In this document: positions 29,001 to 32,804 of the stretch, one piece after another
How positions within the stretch are numbered: position 1 is the first letter of the stretch
Layout: each line of letters opens with the position of its first letter
NCBI GenBank assembly: GCA_036337435.1
Contig: JAYZEG010000082.1
Span: 1 to 32,804 of the forward strand
From: Myxococcota bacterium
Lineage (GTDB): Bacteria; Myxococcota_A; Bradymonadia; UBA7976; UBA1532
DNA length: 32,804 bases
Direction of reading: 5' to 3'
Notes under the pieces: model-generated
Told to the model about the DNA's origin: nothing
Seen by the model: only the letters and a program-made list of their open reading frames with translations
The model's database searches: none
Made by a program: the position numbers and the translations under genes

Positions 29001-31710
29001 CCGCATTGATCGGGTCTCGATCGTGAATCACTGTCGCGTTGGCCGACGCCGTGACCCCCGTGAAAGGCGTACTGGCATTGATGGCACTGCTTTTGGCAAG
29101 GGCTGATAAGCCGCTATTGGTTGTGGAAAGCTGATCATCTCCTTCGACTGCGGGTCGAATGGCTACGCCATTAATGAAAACGGAATCGGGTCGGATCGGT
29201 GTCTGGGCGACTGCGTCACCCGTCATCTCTGCTCGCCGGATACTGTCCTCCGCTCGATCGCTTTGCGGACCCGCTGCGGCGTCGTCATCGAGTACCTGAA
29301 TTCCAGTGATCAGATTTGCGTTAATGGCGATGTAATTGGTGCTGTCGAGCAACACGTCGAGAATTGGATCGTCTGCAACGACGCGGGTTGGCGCTGGCGT
29401 CGCGCGAACCTGAGTTGACCCGAAAGCATCATTAATGGCGTTCGCTTTCGCGATGGCGGAGCCGGTGGCATTGTTGGTCGAGTAAAAATCGTCGGACTGT
29501 TGACTGGCTCTCACGTCGATTCCATCGATGACGAGGTCTGACTCCACAAGACCTTCCAGCAGCCTTTCATTGCCATTATTTAAAGGAAAGTCATCGGCCC
29601 GCACATGGACGCGTTTTTGGTAGCGTCGTCGTTGGACACAACGATCCGGACCCACAACCCCTTCCGGATGGGCAGGCTCTCGTGTCACGCCTGCCGGTGC
29701 CGTGTAAATACGACTTGGGTTTGTCCGTGCGATTCGGAACCCGATCCCATCATGGAACGCCGGTGCCTGAATTGCCCCCGGATTCGCCATAGACCGAAAA
29801 GCCGCTCGAATGTGCACCCGTGGGGTTTCGTAAGACCCACCGCGGATCACCCTTTGGGTTCCGAATCGGGCACCCACTGGGTTCAAAACGGTCCGACTGG
29901 TGAATGGTGCGTACACGTCCCAAACCCACTCAGATACGTTCCCGAGCATATCCGAGACCCCAAACGCATTCGGCGCGCCGACACTCGCGACCGGGTTTAG
30001 ACACACATCATCGACGCCGCCACACTCACCAGAGTCGCGGCGTGTATGGAAATTAGCGCAGTCGTTTATGTTGGCAAAAGCAGGTCCACCCATTTGGGCT
30101 GCGCCAACAAATAGACAGGTTCGCAGCCTCATATCTTGGTACAAAGCCGTTAAATCATCGCCGCCCACATTCGGATTGCCGACGCCAAGGGTATCTGTTG
30201 ACCCGCTGCGTGCGGCGTATTCCCATTCCGCCTCTGTCGGGAGTCGGTATCCAGCGCAATCATAGGGATGGCCTGACCCTGTGTTCACAGTCACGCTCGA
30301 ACAACTATAATCAGGAAAACCTTCTCGTTCTTCATTGCACTCGTTTAGCTGAAAGCACTCAGGGAGCCCTTCTTGTTGACTGAGGCGATTGGCATAGGCG
30401 AGGGCATTGTAGAAGTTAAGCCCCGCAACGGGGCATTGTTCGCAATCTAACTCGGGCTTTGGGCTGTAATTTCCTGGCCCGTACATGTCGTCCCACTGTG
30501 CTTTTGTGACTTCAGTTGCTTGTAAAAAGAACCCGTGGGTCAAGTAGACAGCGTGCCGGTTTTCGTCCGTGTGGCGTCCAGGCTCATTCGCTGGTGAACC
30601 AATGAAGAATGGCACCAGCTGCTCTTCATCATTTAGGGGTGGCGTGATTGACACAAAGCCATCAATGGGTGCGATTGGCCCGCATTGACTCGGCTCACCG
30701 ATACAGCCTCGATCTGGATCGAACTGACAGTTTGTGCACCCATCACCATCGATGTCATTGCCGTCGTCACACGCTTCGTCGGCGTCATCCAGTTGACCGT
30801 TACCGCAACGGGTTCCAATGGGACCATTTGCGCCCTGCTGGCCGACCAGAACGATCGCAGGTCCGTGCGGGCAAGTTAGCGTAAACGTGCCATCATCATT
30901 GGGATCGATTCGACAGCCAGCACCATTGAGACCATCGGCACCGTCTTGACCATCGGCACCGTCTTGACCATCGGCTCCAGGCTGTCCATCGCGCCCTTGT
31001 TGAATGGTCACAGGTGGGCTGCCCGGACAATTAATGGTCACCGATTGATCTGCGTTGGAAACCACAATGCATCCTGGGCCATTCTCGCCGTTACTAATCA
31101 CGACAGGCTCGCTGTCCGGACAATTTAGGGTTGCCACGCCGTTGTCATCGATCTCGATTCGGCAAGGCTCGCCAGCCTCTCCACTCGGCCCCCTTTCTCC
31201 TTGCATGCCGGGTGCGCCATCTATGCCGGCCGGTCCTTCGGGACCCGGCTCTCCTTGAGACCCTTGTTCGCCTTGAGGACCCGCCTCACCCCGAGACCCC
31301 GTGTCTCCTTGGGGCCCTTGTGGTCCCTCTTCACCCTGTGGGCCTGGCTCACCCTGCGGACCTTGCTCACCTTGCGGGCCTTGCTCACCCTGCGGGCCTT
31401 GTTGGCCAGGCAAGCCCTGCTCGCCTCGCGGTCCTCGCTCGCCTGCTTCGCCATCTCGTCCGTTACAGACAACGTCTTGGCGGTCCACTTCGTCGGCATC
31501 GAGCATGCCATCTCCGTTTGTATCGACGCCAACATCGAGAACGACGCCACCGTTGGGGCATTCGTCCAATGTTGCCGGTCTCGCTTCCTGAGCCAGTGCG
31601 ACGACATTGAGCGGGACATCCGCATCGGGTGCTTGGTCTGGACCATCTGTTTGCGTTTCACATCCAAGACTAGCGAGCAGAAGTATGGCGAGGCTGTAGC
31701 GAAGCATCAT
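26017..31710 (-). CDS. Giant surface lipoprotein: collagen-like stalk, Cys-rich repeats, FGE-sulfatase-fold domain, nested flagellin IN-motif repeats, C-type lectin domain
   Basis: ATG 31710 after GGGGGA; lipobox SLGC; CPNGG...[12 protein letters not shown] module; GXY tracts; CGNG...EACDDGN; FGE fold 29722-30657 ([33 protein letters not shown]); SAIAK..AIN...T.V.A x5 then LR..IN...TGV.A.L...LTA.DGRNI x5; CTLD (A..AC...GGRLASV...EN.WI...WIG...DC...WSD..C...YVC). Confidence 0.9.
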   Translation of the reverse strand: MMLRYSLAILLLASLGCETQTDGPDQAPDADVPLNVVALAQEARPATLDECPNGGVVLDVGVDTNGDGMLDADEVDRQDVVCNGRDGEAGERGPRGEQGLPGQQGPQGEQGPQGEQGPQGEPGPQGEEGPQGPQGDTGSRGEAGPQGEQGSQGEPGPEGPAGIDGAPGMQGERGPSGEAGEPCRIEIDDNGVATLNCPDSEPVVISNGENGPGCIVVSNADQSVTINCPGSPPVTIQQGRDGQPGADGQDGADGQDGADGLNGAGCRIDPNDDGTFTLTCPHGPAIVLVGQQGANGPIGTRCGNGQLDDADEACDDGNDIDGDGCTNCQFDPDRGCIGEPSQCGPIAPIDGFVSITPPLNDEEQLVPFFIGSPANEPGRHTDENRHAVYLTHGFFLQATEVTKAQWDDMYGPGNYSPKPELDCEQCPVAGLNFYNALAYANRLSQQEGLPECFQLNECNEEREGFPDYSCSSVTVNTGSGHPYDCAGYRLPTEAEWEYAARSGSTDTLGVGNPNVGGDDLTALYQDMRLRTCLFVGAAQMGGPAFANINDCANFHTRRDSGECGGVDDVCLNPVASVGAPNAFGVSDMLGNVSEWVWDVYAPFTSRTVLNPVGARFGTQRVIRGGSYETPRVHIRAAFRSMANPGAIQAPAFHDGIGFRIARTNPSRIYTAPAGVTREPAHPEGVVGPDRCVQRRRYQKRVHVRADDFPLNNGNERLLEGLVESDLVIDGIDVRASQQSDDFYSTNNATGSAIAKANAINDAFGSTQVRATPAPTRVVADDPILDVLLDSTNYIAINANLITGIQVLDDDAAAGPQSDRAEDSIRRAEMTGDAVAQTPIRPDSVFINGVAIRPAVEGDDQLSTTNSGLSALAKSSAINASTPFTGVTASANATVIHDRDPINAGTLDSTHYVTINGVLFTGIGVEDRDGGPGPVSQRPEDARRRALFVPSPFRSIAQGDGERLMDQDVIINGVDIRSTVDADDATSTRDKASSAIAKMNAINSSTEFTGVTARVMPTKLYGTSDISAVELDSTNLLMINGEMIAGIQIQDNDAGPGPISDDPADAMRIARLESNNSISVGNAAEALAAFDLVINGVPIRATVGADDPLSTVRPATSAIAKANAINSSSEHTRVTARVQQSQVTGVSDIAQVALDSSNYVSINGVIIAGFEVLDNDAGDGGGDNGDAVERRASILAADYGITNIPQGPGNELNRGDLLVNGVNIRASIAADDPLSIRFGSSSAIAKAAAINASSDFTTVTARAEPSYFVGSGNLVQVTLNDDNALHINGVVIRDIEVQDADATGTLREAINARVVQTGVQASLNAQQRLVLTAIDGRNINVLIEGAATRLGLLATPGTRVVGGTISLTSPNRIRLWSPTNTMAKLGFVGLQIYKSALRIDGRDTLRSVINSLTDETGVIASLSPASRLILTAADGRNIEITVLGDATRLGLSPGPGTYSVGGRLVLESSESIRLEGNAVAKIGTNNTFAFPLRADGSDNLRSLINSVTEKTGVTAALDADHRVVLTANDGRNIELGIIGNATRLGLGFQGLRTHGGALSLESAETIIISGNSPDKIGIQDETIIPRLRADGADNLRSLINAASTETGVTASLDVEGRLVLTAQDGRNIALSHTNIATGRITGLGRNHYNGVYGAPLTLTSDNAFTIHGNAAALASIGFSQPIIVAALRADGSDNLRSLINSVSDFTGVYANLTADRHLMLTAPDGRNIEVQTSGVASRLGFPLGTRVFGSTLDLESESHLHLAGTDLGLRRAGFPAGTKRYRATDLVSRDFLFCGSHRTQEQANAACEEAGGRLASVTYVEENQWIAETVRSNELAGAWIGHRMVDGHWLRTDHLNLSFSGFDPNGLPADQDCVSLGENKAYWSDAACDEEKSYVCSL
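26392..27807 (-). repeat. Five 'C-half' flagellin-like repeats (~85 aa each)
   Basis: Copies at 27553-27807, 27265-27516, 26983-27231, 26680-26946 and 26392-26646; consensus DG.D.LRSLIN.....TGV.A.L....RL.LTA.DGRNI......A.RLG......GG.L.L.S...I.I.G.....IG. Confidence 0.9.
27808..29538 (-). repeat. Five 'N-half' flagellin-like repeats (~87 aa plus linkers)
   Basis: Copies at 29278-29538, 28924-29187, 28552-28812, 28183-28443 and 27808-28068; consensus DL.INGV.IR.....DD..S......SAIAK..AIN.S..FT.VTA...LDS.N...ING..I.G..V.D.DA. Confidence 0.9.
30916..31461 (-). repeat. Collagen-like Gly-X-Y tracts (33 triplets at 31165-31461; 9 triplets at 30916-30996)
   Basis: Uninterrupted [12 protein letters not shown]...GEP; second tract [27 protein letters not shown] includes an 18-bp DNA tandem repeat. 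Confidence 0.95.
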
Positions 31711-31889
31711 GTTCCCCCGGATTAAGGTTCGATGGCGTAGACAATAGGACGATGTCCCCGTTGGAGCCAAGGCGTTTAATCCGTGTCCAAGGAATTTCAT
31801 GAGTTCAGCGAGAGTGGACAGTCATTTCAGATGGGAAAAGCAGCGTTGGAACGCATTGAAAACACCGCTTTTTCAGGTGCTTTCAGTCG

Positions 31890-31907
31890 CCGAGCGATAT
31901 CGCTCGG
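31890..31907. promoter_or_regulatory. Perfect 18-bp palindrome, candidate operator
   Basis: CCGAGCGATATCGCTCGG is its own reverse complement and lies in a divergent intergenic region. Confidence 0.4.
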
Positions 31908-31993
31908 AGTTTTAACTCACCCGCTATTTGAGGCGAAAAAGGGGGGGGGCTTCCTAAAAACTTATCAAAACACCTTATCGTGCGATTTTTTTC

Positions 31994-32020
31994 TAAAGTT
32001 TTCCCCAGACGGGTCGATGT
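31994..32020 (+). promoter_or_regulatory. Sigma-28 (FliA)-type promoter
   Basis: TAAAGTTT-N11-GTCGATGT versus consensus TAAAGTTT-N11-GCCGATAA: 8/8 at -35, exact spacing, 5/8 at -10 including the CGAT core. Confidence 0.6.
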
Positions 32021-32053
32021 AGATGGTGAAGCAGACCATTTTGGGGTGTTAAA

Positions 32054-32473
32054 GTGGCGGCGATGTCGGTGCGACAAGAGCTCGGTCCAAGAGTCTCTGA
32101 AGACATCCGAAAAAACTATGCTGCTCGACTTGCCCAACGGTTCTCTCCTCAGCGGTCAAATGTTCCGAGCAGAACGAATTTTCGCCATCGACTGGAGTCT
32201 CATTTAAATGACGTTTCAAGCGGACACGCTTGGCGTTCCCTCGTCGTTCATCAAGAACTTCGGGCCCAGCATCTCGATAATCGCCGTTCACTGGCCGAGT
32301 TTGATCCCGAGTCTTTGAGGCTGTATGTCGGGCTGATGTCAGGCATGTCGTATAGCCACCAAGCGCGTCTTGCATCGACAGTCTATAATATGAATCGGGA
32401 CCTCGGTGTCTTGATCGATGCGGGCCGACAATTGGCGGCACTCAAGGTGGCCACTGTCGATAGATATGCCTGA
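32054..32473 (+). CDS. Hypothetical protein (start GTG 32054 or ATG 32063), ends ...ATVDRYA
   Basis: 139-codon ORF directly downstream of the sigma-28-like promoter; helical-looking C-terminal half; no family recognised. Confidence 0.55.
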   Translation: MAAMSVRQELGPRVSEDIRKNYAARLAQRFSPQRSNVPSRTNFRHRLESHLNDVSSGHAWRSLVVHQELRAQHLDNRRSLAEFDPESLRLYVGLMSGMSYSHQARLASTVYNMNRDLGVLIDAGRQLAALKVATVDRYA

Positions 32474-32545
32474 ACACCGGACCCCGGGGAAAGCCGAAGG
32501 CCGGACGGGTGCATGCTGTGGTGAGACTCAGTTGCGGACCGTGGC

Positions 32546-32803
32546 TCAGATTCGGGTGAGCCAGTCGGTCAAGCGATTGAAAAATTCGGACTCATCGCCC
32601 TCCAAGTCCGTCAGCTCTTTTGAAGACATGACCATTTCGAAGTGGCCTTCAAATCGTGCGATAAAACAGGGCGTATGGCCCTCGGTGAAATCTATGAGGT
32701 CTGGTGTTCGCTCGTTTAAATGTAGCATCACAATTGGCACCGGGCTGTCTGCGGAGAGTGTCTTGAATCGTACTTTCTGTCTGATCAGGTGATGACTGAT
32801 GTC
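32546..32803 (-). CDS. 3' part of a hypothetical protein, truncated by the window edge
   Basis: Frame is open from 32803 (DISHHLIRQK...LHLNER...HTPCFIAR...) to TGA at 32546; DISH/HL.ER/TPC pattern resembles a small conserved hypothetical family (from memory). Confidence 0.6.
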   Translation of the reverse strand, partial: DISHHLIRQKVRFKTLSADSPVPIVMLHLNERTPDLIDFTEGHTPCFIARFEGHFEMVMSSKELTDLEGDESEFFNRLTDWLTRI

Positions 32804-32804
32804 G

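Noticed and set aside
26392..29538. A true flagellin (fliC) gene or fusion
   Set aside because: No conserved D0/D1 N- or C-terminal helical sequences; the protein has a lipoprotein signal.
29722..30657. Diversity-generating retroelement target (FGE/CLec fold ending GFR)
   Set aside because: The domain is internal, and I see no reverse transcriptase or adenine-variant template repeat in the window. A remote DGR cannot be excluded.

Overview
Gene-dense bacterial window with about 19 CDS. I see no rRNA, tRNA, CRISPR array or mobile element. The protein style suggests Myxococcota/Bradymonadia or a relative, possibly marine (inference from Cys-rich CGDG repeats, EGF/TSP3/collagen/C-type lectin surface proteins and a sigma-region-4-only protein). 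Left: two Cys-rich modular secreted proteins with carbohydrate-enzyme-like domains, a secreted amidase, a LeuD-LeuC-order fused aconitase-family enzyme and a lipidated azurin. Middle: an alkyl-DHAP-synthase-like oxidoreductase with an SDR, an alpha/alpha-barrel lipoprotein, a 1-Cys peroxiredoxin, three different FNR-family flavoproteins and a Cys/His-rich sigma70-region-4-only protein. Right: a probable glucosylglycerate uptake and catabolism trio (SSS symporter, GH13_18 phosphorylase, glycerate kinase). The standout is a ~1,900-aa lipoprotein (collagen stalk, FGE-fold domain, C-type lectin) with a 1,101-residue cysteine-free block of flagellin-surface-domain-like repeats. These run as five N-halves followed by five C-halves, so they appear recursively nested, apparently inside the first hairpin of the lectin domain. 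Its divergent neighbour follows a close sigma-28 promoter match. All family assignments come from motif recognition; no searches were run.
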